Below are positions 9,029-17,022 of a stretch of DNA of 55,559 bases, piece by piece. A program made the position numbers and the translations under genes. Below the pieces are notes generated by a model. The model was not told the DNA's origin. It made no database searches and saw only the letters and a list, made by a program, of their open reading frames with translations. The stretch's first letter is position 1; each line of letters starts with the position of its first letter. Origin of the DNA: Marinilabiliales bacterium (GTDB lineage Bacteria > Bacteroidota > Bacteroidia > Bacteroidales > DTU049); assembly GCA_002869435.1 (NCBI GenBank), contig PKSX01000159.1:1-55559 (forward strand). The letters are read 5' to 3'.

Positions 9029-10171
9029 TTAACTTAATAATATCAAAGCTATATATTCCAGAAAATCAGCAATGGGTTGAACCCAACCTGCGATTATTGA
9101 TTTACCAAGAACAAACAGGACGAAAAAGACGTAAATCGCAAAGAGCATTATGCCTTGTAGCACTTTCAGTTTTCGCGAGAACAGGAAAATGAAGAAAACT
9201 ATTGATGTTAAAATGAACAGCAGGATACGCAATTCATTTACATTCACCAGCAGCTCACCGGTCATTTCAATCGGATTGAAGAATATGGTATATAGAAATA
9301 ACGGAAATCCTAGGGCAAAGCAGATATCGAAGATATTACTGCCCAGTGCGTTTGACACTGCATCGTCGTAGTTTCCTTTTTTGGCATCACGTATGGAGAG
9401 GACGGTATCAGGTACGCTGGTGGCAGCCGCAGCCAAAATCACGGCTACAAAATAAACCGGAATATTCAGCTCTGAACCAAGTTCTTCGCATGCAACCACC
9501 AATCCTGCACTGGCTGCCCCAATTACCACAGTAGCCAAAATCAATAAGCCCCATGCTCTTTTTGCTGTCAATTCTTTGGGTCCAACAAGCAATGCAGCAA
9601 GATCAAGTCGGATCAAACTATTAAAAAAACCACGCGGCTCAATATCAACATCCACATCGATTTCATCTGGATCGGGTGCCTGCAGTTTTTGCTTTTTCAT
9701 GGTAGTAAACATCACAACAACATATACTCCATACAGAAGCATCAAAATAAGGCCATGCCACCAGTCAAGTGTCCCGCCAGATAAAAGATAAATCAGAATA
9801 AACTCTGACACAAGCAGCATAACTCCATCCCGGATTATCACTTTACGACTGACCTTAACAAATCTCACTTTACCTAAAAACAAAACAGCAAGAATAACGG
9901 CTGCCGGAATAACCATTGCATTGAAAATTGCGGAACCAGCCGTGGTTCCAATACCCCCCGAAAAGCCCTCCTGATTGTGAAGAATAAGTAAAAAGAATAT
10001 TGTGGTAAATAGTTCCGGGATTGAGCTTCCGATTGCATTTATTGTGGCTCCGCGAACTCCCTCACTTAGGTTTCTCCCCAGATATTCTGACGCTGTTTCA
10101 AAGCCATCGCTTGCCTTCCAGATAACAAGACAGGCAAGAAAAATGATGAAAAACCAGAGCAAAACAGCCAT
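9029..10171 (-). CDS. Ca2+:cation (Na+/Ca2+) antiporter, CaCA family (YrbG-like)
   Basis: Two alpha-repeat motifs, 'GSSIPELFTTI' and 'GSNIFDICFALG', with ~10 TM segments. I chose the start at MAVLLWFF (ATG 10171). The upstream ORF extension lacks hydrophobic character, and a -7 box sits at 10199-10206. Confidence 0.85.
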   Translation of the reverse strand: MAVLLWFFIIFLACLVIWKASDGFETASEYLGRNLSEGVRGATINAIGSSIPELFTTIFFLLILHNQEGFSGGIGTTAGSAIFNAMVIPAAVILAVLFLGKVRFVKVSRKVIIRDGVMLLVSEFILIYLLSGGTLDWWHGLILMLLYGVYVVVMFTTMKKQKLQAPDPDEIDVDVDIEPRGFFNSLIRLDLAALLVGPKELTAKRAWGLLILATVVIGAASAGLVVACEELGSELNIPVYFVAVILAAAATSVPDTVLSIRDAKKGNYDDAVSNALGSNIFDICFALGFPLFLYTIFFNPIEMTGELLVNVNELRILLFILTSIVFFIFLFSRKLKVLQGIMLFAIYVFFVLFVLGKSIIAGWVQPIADFLEYIALILLS

Positions 10172-10198
10172 AAAGGGTTGGGGATTATATTTCTTTTG

Positions 10199-10206
10199 CA
10201 AAAATA
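10199..10206 (-). promoter_or_regulatory. Bacteroidota -7 box (TATTTTTG on the - strand)
   Basis: Exact motif, 27 nt upstream of the ATG at 10171. Confidence 0.4.
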
Positions 10207-10314
10207 TACAATTTCGGGGATGTGTAGTATTCGGACGCGGATCTACGCGGTAAAAATTGATTACGGATTTACGCGGAACAAGAATAATCCCATGCTTTAA
10301 TCTCATTAACTCTA

Positions 10315-10387
10315 CGGTGACTGAGCGTAGCCGAAGTCACATGAGACCAAACAACTTTCAGGTGGTTTCGACTTCGCTCAACCACCA
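10315..10387. repeat. REP-like palindromic element (TGAGCGTAGCCGAAGTCAC ... GTGGTTTCGACTTCGCTCA)
   Basis: Inverted arms at 10322-10340 and 10362-10380. It belongs to the same arm family as 2731-2750 and 2900-2952. Confidence 0.7.
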
Positions 10388-10388
10388 T

Positions 10389-10419
10389 AAAAAAACCCCG
10401 AAGAAAGTCCTCCGGGGTT
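10389..10419 (-). terminator. Intrinsic terminator of the DUF4139 gene
   Basis: On the - strand: CCCCGGA-loop-TTCGGGG hairpin followed by T7. Confidence 0.75.
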
Positions 10420-10437
10420 TTCGAAAAATATACTTGC

Positions 10438-12075
10438 CTAGTATACTACTACGGTTTGTTCTTTTGGGAATTTCACCGAGTATTTTATGACGAGTTTTTT
10501 GCTTTCGTAAGGCTTGAGTTTTATTCTCCAGGTAACCTTACCAGTTGTTTCATTCACAATGCCTTCGCTGTCTTCCACATGATCGATTACAATTTCCTTA
10601 TTGCTTGATATCGGGAACTGGTCTTCGATAACAATTTCAATCTCTTTAGACTTATTATTGCGAACGGTAATTTCCCAACCTTTGGTAACACGGCGGTTTG
10701 CACCGATAAACTGATCGCTGGTGAAGTCTTTAATCATTTCACGCTTGAGGCTGATGGCTTTGTCTCTTCCGAGAGATACATCGAGGGTATCCATAGCTGA
10801 AAGCGGATTGATGTATGATTTTCCAACATAGGTTCCCATAAAGAAAATGTTAGACTCACCCGGCAGCAGATTGTATTTTTCCCATCCGGTTACTCGTGCC
10901 AGCAGGAATGCATCGGGATCTACTTTTGGTACTGCAAAGTATTCGTAGGTAGCATCGAGTTCATACTTCTGAACTTCAACAATTCTTACTTTACCATTAG
11001 ACTCTACATCGTATGGCAAATCAATCTCATATTCAAAATTGATAGGATATTCAACAACAGTTGTATATTCTGCTGCATTACCAAAATCTTTTTCATCCTC
11101 GTAAGCAACCATTTCAGCGTCATCCATTGCAGCTGTAGGAGCAACGGCGCCGGCTTTATCCCTTGCATTATTTTTTCCTGTTGACCTGTAGTAGTTATTA
11201 TAATACAGATACCAAGGGCTCAGTACCGGCTTTGCATTGCTCTGGTTCGGGTTTGCTGTGCTTAGGGTGAGTTTTACATTATCCCAACTCTCACCTGTAT
11301 TCTGGTATACACCTGCTTTGAAGTTCAAAGAAACAGGGTTGTTCACATCTATGGCCCGAATATCGTACATGGCGCTCCAGCCTGCATTGGCAACATTATA
11401 TTTTATATTGAATGAAGCATTTCCGGCAGCTTTTACATGTACGCGTACCACTATTTCTCCCGTTGGTTGATTTCGTTTGGCATTAAGTTCATTAAGCTGC
11501 TGGTTCAATCTGTTTATTGTAAGCTGCATCTCAGCAACCTTATAAGTAATATCAAGTTGCTTGGTTTTAAGATCGGTAAGGCGTACACGGTAAAAGTCGG
11601 CATTGGCTTTAAGAGCTCCGATATCAACACCGTTATCGGCGCCACCAATAAGTTTATTGGCCAGAATCATGGCTTCTTCTTCTCTGTAGACCTGAAGCAT
11701 GGCATTTTGATAGGCCATCTGCTTCTGCATCAACTTGAGAGAATCTTCAAGCACAATGACTTCTTTCGTTTTTTTCTGTCCTTTCAGATAATTGATACGG
11801 TTTTCGACAGAAAGAACGGTGAGGTTTCCTTTACCGTTTACCTGAATCGTATTGGAATTTATGCTTGTGGGAAGATCTTCTACCACAATATCATAATTTC
11901 CGGCACCCAGATACATGGTTCCGGTGCGTTCAATTTGTGCTCCGCTTAAAAAGACGGTTACATTTTTAATTTTCGTTTTGAGAGGTTTTTCCTCGTCGGC
12001 CATGGCGAAAAGCACTGCCATGGTTAAAAATAGGCTCATTAGGGTTTTCATATCGTGTGTTTTTTTAGATTTCAA
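10438..12075 (-). CDS. DUF4139/DUF4140 (mucoidy-inhibitor MuiA-like) secreted protein
   Basis: 545 aa. Signal peptide 'MKTLMSLFLTMAVLFAMA', N-terminal 'VTVFLSGAQIERTG', central coiled coil and beta-rich C-terminus, as in the TIGR02231-type family. An alternative start is the ATG at 12051. Confidence 0.7.
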   Translation of the reverse strand: MKSKKTHDMKTLMSLFLTMAVLFAMADEEKPLKTKIKNVTVFLSGAQIERTGTMYLGAGNYDIVVEDLPTSINSNTIQVNGKGNLTVLSVENRINYLKGQKKTKEVIVLEDSLKLMQKQMAYQNAMLQVYREEEAMILANKLIGGADNGVDIGALKANADFYRVRLTDLKTKQLDITYKVAEMQLTINRLNQQLNELNAKRNQPTGEIVVRVHVKAAGNASFNIKYNVANAGWSAMYDIRAIDVNNPVSLNFKAGVYQNTGESWDNVKLTLSTANPNQSNAKPVLSPWYLYYNNYYRSTGKNNARDKAGAVAPTAAMDDAEMVAYEDEKDFGNAAEYTTVVEYPINFEYEIDLPYDVESNGKVRIVEVQKYELDATYEYFAVPKVDPDAFLLARVTGWEKYNLLPGESNIFFMGTYVGKSYINPLSAMDTLDVSLGRDKAISLKREMIKDFTSDQFIGANRRVTKGWEITVRNNKSKEIEIVIEDQFPISSNKEIVIDHVEDSEGIVNETTGKVTWRIKLKPYESKKLVIKYSVKFPKEQTVVVY

Positions 12076-12116
12076 TGTCTATTGGATGCAGGCACTTTTG
12101 CAATTTCACAGAAGCC

Positions 12117-12124
12117 CAAAAATA
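12117..12124 (-). promoter_or_regulatory. Bacteroidota -7 box (TATTTTTG on the - strand)
   Basis: Exact motif, 41 nt upstream of the ATG at 12075. Confidence 0.35.
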
Positions 12125-12193
12125 ATTCCACACAAAAATCAAATCAACCCTTCTGATTGTCAGAGCATGACTATGAAAGAGCTATTTTAAGAC

Positions 12194-13822
12194 TTATCCG
12201 TTCATCGAAACAAGGAATTCCTCGTTTGAGGTTGTTACGCGCATTCTTTCCTGGAGAAATTGCATAGCTTCGAGCGGATTCATGTCGGCAAGGTGGTTTC
12301 TCATAATCCAAACACGCTGCAACGCATCTTTCGGTACAAGAAGGTCATCGCGGCGGGTAGAGCTGGAAACAATATCGATAGCAGGATAAACCCGCTTATT
12401 GGAAAGCTTACGATCGAGTTGCAATTCCATATTACCGGTACCTTTAAATTCCTCGAAAATAACCTCGTCCATTTTTGACCCGGTATCGATAAGAGCAGTT
12501 GCAATAATGGTTAATGAACCACCATTTTCAATCTGGCGTGCAGCACCGAAGAAACGTTTTGGCTTTTGCAGTGCATTGGATTCCACACCACCGGAAAGCA
12601 CTTTTCCGGATGCAGGTGCAGTAGTATTATAAGCGCGGGCCAAACGGGTAATGGAATCAAGCAGAATAACCACATCGTGACCGCATTCAACCAGGCGTTT
12701 TGCTTTCTCAAGAACTATATTGGCAATTTTCACATGCTTTTCGGCAGGCTCATCAAAAGTTGATGCAATTACTTCTGCCTTCACACTGCGTTGCATATCG
12801 GTAACCTCTTCCGGACGTTCATCAACAAGAAGTACAATTAAATATGCTTCAGGGTGGTTATGTGCAATAGCATTTGCAATTTCTTTAAGAATAATGGTCT
12901 TACCAGTTTTTGGCTGGGCAACTATTAGGCCACGCTGCCCTTTTCCAATCGGAGAAAAGAGATCAATAACACGGGTAATCAGTGTTTCTTCAGGATGATC
13001 GGTAAGTTTAAACTTTTTATTCGGGAACAATGGAGTAAGGAAGTCGAACGCTACACGGTCGCGAACTTTTTCTACATCACATCCATTAATTTTATAGATC
13101 TTTACCAGAGGAAAGTACTTTTCACCTTCACGCGGAGGACGAATGGAACCTTCAACAGTGTCACCTGTTTTCAGACCAAACGAACGAATCTGGTTCTGAC
13201 TAACATATACATCATCGGGTGAATTCAGGTAATTGAAATCAGATGAACGTAAGAACCCATATCCATCAGAGATGATTTCGAGTACACCTTCTGCTTTTAC
13301 TACTTCATCTAACTCGGGAAACGGATCCTGACGTTCCTGCCTTTTTTCGTTGCGATGATGATTCTGTTGGTGCTGATTATTCTGCTGCTGATTATTCTGT
13401 TGCTGATTTCTCTGCGGATATTTCTGATGCTGATAACCGGATTTTTTCTGGTCATCATTCTGCTGATTTCTGCTATGGTTATCATCCTGTCTTTTGCGCA
13501 CCGGGAAGCCATCTTTTGGCTTACTGGTAGGAGGAAGTTTCATTTTATCTTTGCCATTCCCGCTAAATTTAGGATTTTCAGAGCGATTTTGTTCCTGCTC
13601 ATTATTCTGATCAGCATTTTCCTTATCAATTCTCTGTCTTTTAGACTTGTGTTGGGAAGCATCTTTTTTATCCTCTTTTGGAGATTCTTTGGGTTGCTTC
13701 TCTTTAATTAAGCTAATGATTTCGGGTTTGCGCATGGTGGAAACCCCTTTAATACCTAATGATGCAGCCAGTTTTTTCAAATCCGGCAGGAGCATCTTGC
13801 TCAGATCTTTCGCGTCTTGCAT
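12194..13822 (-). CDS. rho: Transcription termination factor Rho with a ~125-aa disordered N-terminal insertion
   Basis: 542 aa. Co-linear with E. coli Rho outside residues ~42-168: '[15 protein letters not shown]', '[15 protein letters not shown]' and '[30 protein letters not shown]'. Confidence 0.97.
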   Translation of the reverse strand: MQDAKDLSKMLLPDLKKLAASLGIKGVSTMRKPEIISLIKEKQPKESPKEDKKDASQHKSKRQRIDKENADQNNEQEQNRSENPKFSGNGKDKMKLPPTSKPKDGFPVRKRQDDNHSRNQQNDDQKKSGYQHQKYPQRNQQQNNQQQNNQHQQNHHRNEKRQERQDPFPELDEVVKAEGVLEIISDGYGFLRSSDFNYLNSPDDVYVSQNQIRSFGLKTGDTVEGSIRPPREGEKYFPLVKIYKINGCDVEKVRDRVAFDFLTPLFPNKKFKLTDHPEETLITRVIDLFSPIGKGQRGLIVAQPKTGKTIILKEIANAIAHNHPEAYLIVLLVDERPEEVTDMQRSVKAEVIASTFDEPAEKHVKIANIVLEKAKRLVECGHDVVILLDSITRLARAYNTTAPASGKVLSGGVESNALQKPKRFFGAARQIENGGSLTIIATALIDTGSKMDEVIFEEFKGTGNMELQLDRKLSNKRVYPAIDIVSSSTRRDDLLVPKDALQRVWIMRNHLADMNPLEAMQFLQERMRVTTSNEEFLVSMNG

Positions 13823-13856
13823 TCTGGATTTTTGTCTTGGTAAAAACTATACGTGT

Positions 13857-13884
13857 GTAAAACCGGAGAAAAGTGTGTTTCTCC
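13857..13884 (-). promoter_or_regulatory. Terminator-like hairpin inside the predicted rho 5' leader
   Basis: On the - strand: GGAGAAA-CACACT-TTTCTCC followed by GGTTTTA. It lies between the -7 box (13899-13906) and the rho ATG (13822). Confidence 0.3.
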
Positions 13885-13898
13885 CTTTATTGATGTGG

Positions 13899-13906
13899 CA
13901 AATATA
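13899..13906 (-). promoter_or_regulatory. Bacteroidota -7 box (TATATTTG on the - strand)
   Basis: Exact TAnnTTTG, 76 nt upstream of the rho ATG. Confidence 0.35.
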
Positions 13907-13984
13907 AGAAATTTTATTTAGTGTGAATATTTTTTGTGTTTTTGATTAATGTTTCCAAAATCATCTTCGGCGAATCTTGGAACA

Positions 13985-15265
13985 TTAAAGCACTTCCGCC
14001 TCCACATCATAAATTCCAGCCCCGGTGATTTTCGTTTTATAGATTTTACCACGCTGAAGATTCTCACCTTTAATAAATGCAATGTTGTCAATCTCCGGTG
14101 CATCACACATGAGTCTGCCCACAAATTCTCCACCTTCCTTACCGTCGCAGATTACACTGCATTCTTTTCCAATTAAAGACTGATTGTGTTTTGTGCTGTT
14201 TTTCTCATGCAGCGCAATTAAATCGCTCATTCGTTTCATTTTTGTTCGCGGCGCAACAGGATCACCCAAATCCCAGGCCGGTGTATTTTCTTCCCGGGAA
14301 TACGCAAATACACCGACTCGCTCAAATTTCATTTCCTTGGCAAAAGCATAAAGCTCATTAAATTCAGCCTTGGTTTCACCGGGATAACCAACAATAAAGG
14401 CAGTGCGAATACAAACTTCGGGAATACGTGTACGAATTTTTTTTATTAATTCCACAGTTTTTGTGCGATTATGCCCCCGGCGCATACTTTTCAGAATCTC
14501 ATCGTTAATATGTTGAAGCGGAATATCAATATATTTTACTAACTTCGGATTTGTCGCAATCTCATCAATGAGTTCATCTGAGAATCCTGCAGGATAGGTG
14601 TACATTAAACGAATCCAATCAATTCCCTCCACTTTCGAAATACGACGAATTAATTCGGCAGTTTTGCTTTGTCCATACAGATCAATACCATATGAAACAG
14701 TATCCTGAGCAATAAGGATAAGTTCTTTCACTCCTTTTTCAGCGAGCATTTCTGTTTCTGCAATCAGATCTTCAACAGGTACTGATTTTAATCCACCCCT
14801 AATTCCCGGAATGGCACAAAAGCTACATGATCTGTCACATCCCTCAGCAATTTTTAAATATGCATAATGAGAAGGAGTGATAAGCATCCGATCTTTGGCT
14901 GATTTTATCGGCTTCTTTAAATATGTTAATAGAACATCGTACTCTGAAACACCAAAAAACTCATCTACCTCAGGCATCTCTTTTCTCAATTCATCGCGAT
15001 ATCTTTGAGAGAGACAGCCGCTAACAATAAGTTTACTGATACGACCTTCTTTTTTAAGTTCTGAAAAAGCCAGAATCTCGTTTATGGATTCAGATTTTGC
15101 ATCATTAATAAACCCACAGGTATTAATAATAATTACATCAGCTTCTTCCTTTTCATGGTCAACTGCAAATCCGTTATGAACAAGCTTTCCGGCAAGTCTT
15201 TCGCTGTCGACCATGTTTTTGGGACAACCCATTGTAATGATGCTGACAGAAGTTTTTTCTGGCAT
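13985..15265 (-). CDS. rimO: Ribosomal protein S12 methylthiotransferase RimO (radical SAM)
   Basis: 426 aa. UPF0004 N-domain 'ITMGCPKNMVDSE', radical-SAM 'CDRSCSFC' and a C-terminal TRAM-like domain. Confidence 0.9.
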   Translation of the reverse strand: MPEKTSVSIITMGCPKNMVDSERLAGKLVHNGFAVDHEKEEADVIIINTCGFINDAKSESINEILAFSELKKEGRISKLIVSGCLSQRYRDELRKEMPEVDEFFGVSEYDVLLTYLKKPIKSAKDRMLITPSHYAYLKIAEGCDRSCSFCAIPGIRGGLKSVPVEDLIAETEMLAEKGVKELILIAQDTVSYGIDLYGQSKTAELIRRISKVEGIDWIRLMYTYPAGFSDELIDEIATNPKLVKYIDIPLQHINDEILKSMRRGHNRTKTVELIKKIRTRIPEVCIRTAFIVGYPGETKAEFNELYAFAKEMKFERVGVFAYSREENTPAWDLGDPVAPRTKMKRMSDLIALHEKNSTKHNQSLIGKECSVICDGKEGGEFVGRLMCDAPEIDNIAFIKGENLQRGKIYKTKITGAGIYDVEAEVL

Positions 15266-15273
15266 GAAAAAGT

Positions 15274-16218
15274 CTATTTTTTAAAGAGAGAATCAACAAA
15301 TTCGTGAGCATTGAAAATCTGAAGATCATCAACTTTCTCACCAATACCTATATATTTTACAGGCACTTTAAACTGATCTGAAATTCCAATAACAACACCA
15401 CCTTTGGCGGTTCCATCTAATTTGGTTAGTGCCAATGCATTTACATCTGTAGCCGCAGTAAATTGCTTTGCCTGCTCAAAAGCATTTTGCCCTGTTGAAG
15501 CATCAAGAACCAACAATACTTCGTGCGGCCCATCCGGAATAACTTTCTGGATAACTCTTTTAATCTTCGATAGTTCATTCATCAGGTTCACTTTATTATG
15601 AAGACGTCCTGCTGTATCAATAATGGCTACATCGTGACCGTTTGCTTTTGCAACAGAAGCTGTATCAAATGCCACAGATGCCGGGTCGGCATTCATGCCG
15701 TGCTCAACAATTTCCACCCCGGCTCGCTCGGCCCATATTTTAAGCTGATCTACGGCGGCAGCCCTGAATGTATCAGCCGCTCCAAGCACAACAGATTTTT
15801 CAACACTTTTAAACCTGGAGGCAAGTTTCCCAATTGTTGTGGTTTTACCAACACCATTTACCCCCACAACAAGAATGATATAAGGTTTAGTTTTTTCAAT
15901 ATCAGGGCTTTCTTCAGATTTATACTCATCGAGCATAAGGGAAATTTCATCACGCAGCGTTTCATGCAACTCGTCTGTTCCAATATACTTGTCTTTTTTC
16001 ACCCTTTCCTCAAGCCTCTCAATAATCTTCAGGGTTGTTTCTACTCCCACATCAGAACTTATTAAAGCTTCCTCCAGCTCATCAAGAACATCTTCATCTA
16101 CTTTTGATTTTCCAACCACAGCACGGGAAAGTCGGGAAAAAACATTTTCCCTTGTTTTTTGCAGACCATCATCAAGTCTGTCTTTCTTTTCTTTTCCGAA
16201 AACACCAAAGAAAGCCAT
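15274..16218 (-). CDS. ftsY: Signal-recognition-particle receptor FtsY
   Basis: 314 aa. 'VVGVNGVGKTTTIGKLA', 'DTAGRLH' and 'LTKLDGTAKGG' SRP-GTPase motifs. Confidence 0.95.
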   Translation of the reverse strand: MAFFGVFGKEKKDRLDDGLQKTRENVFSRLSRAVVGKSKVDEDVLDELEEALISSDVGVETTLKIIERLEERVKKDKYIGTDELHETLRDEISLMLDEYKSEESPDIEKTKPYIILVVGVNGVGKTTTIGKLASRFKSVEKSVVLGAADTFRAAAVDQLKIWAERAGVEIVEHGMNADPASVAFDTASVAKANGHDVAIIDTAGRLHNKVNLMNELSKIKRVIQKVIPDGPHEVLLVLDASTGQNAFEQAKQFTAATDVNALALTKLDGTAKGGVVIGISDQFKVPVKYIGIGEKVDDLQIFNAHEFVDSLFKK

Positions 16219-16241
16219 ATCTGTTATGATTTAAGAGAGTG

Positions 16242-16249
16242 CAAAATTA
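16242..16249 (-). promoter_or_regulatory. Bacteroidota -7 box (TAATTTTG on the - strand)
   Basis: Exact motif, 23 nt upstream of the ftsY ATG (16218). Confidence 0.4.
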
Positions 16250-16313
16250 CGATAAAAAGTTCAAATAGTCGGAGAATCAGGTTTTTGATTTGAAGCCGGT
16301 AATAAAGTGGTTT

Positions 16314-16925
16314 CTACAAATACATATGCAACAGAAATGATGCACCAAGACCTGCCATTCCAAAGAAAACGGACGATTTCACTTTTTTAATCTTTTTGGT
16401 ATCCTGATATCCAAGAATGTATAATCGGTTTACATAGTCTCCCTGAATTTCATCGTGTGGGAATTTTGGTTTAAAGGCAGCTATGATAGCCGAAGTCAAT
16501 GCAGGAACAGCCACAATATAATAGGGTTTAATAACGTAACTCGCACCCATTGTAATAACCATTGTAAGAGGTCCGACAAAACGGTTATGTGCACTTGCAT
16601 ATGCTTCTGTACATCCTGCCACATAATAGCGCATGGAATCAGGCTCTACAATAAAACCTTCACCATCTACACGATATGCAAGTTCACTTGTACCATTTTC
16701 ATACAAGACCTCAAACACATCGACTCTTTCCATAGTTTTGGGTTTCAACCTACCCTGACTATTCACCTCCCGGTCTTTTTCAGTTAAATAATACACATAA
16801 TCAGAATCAATCTTCATGACTTCCACATCCGTTTTGATCCGACCGCTGAGTTTAACAATAGTATCCTGAGCGAAAAGACCAGTAGCCAATGAGATCATTA
16901 TTACAATGAAAGGGAATCTCAACAT
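16314..16925 (-). CDS. Hypothetical exported/membrane protein
   Basis: Signal-like N-terminus 'MLRFPFIVIMISLATGLFAQD' and C-terminal hydrophobic segments. I recognise no family. The ORF track starts at TTG 16940; I prefer the first ATG at 16925. Confidence 0.5.
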   Translation of the reverse strand: MLRFPFIVIMISLATGLFAQDTIVKLSGRIKTDVEVMKIDSDYVYYLTEKDREVNSQGRLKPKTMERVDVFEVLYENGTSELAYRVDGEGFIVEPDSMRYYVAGCTEAYASAHNRFVGPLTMVITMGASYVIKPYYIVAVPALTSAIIAAFKPKFPHDEIQGDYVNRLYILGYQDTKKIKKVKSSVFFGMAGLGASFLLHMYL

Positions 16926-16993
16926 GATATTTTTCTTCAAAAGTAATGATTTATTGCATATCGAAACTAATAATAATGTATAGTAAATTTATG

Positions 16994-17001
16994 TATTTTT
17001 G
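16994..17001 (+). promoter_or_regulatory. Bacteroidota -7 box TATTTTTG
   Basis: Exact motif, 21 nt upstream of the gcvP ATG (17023). Confidence 0.4.
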
Positions 17002-17022
17002 TGGAAATCAAATTTAATTATA

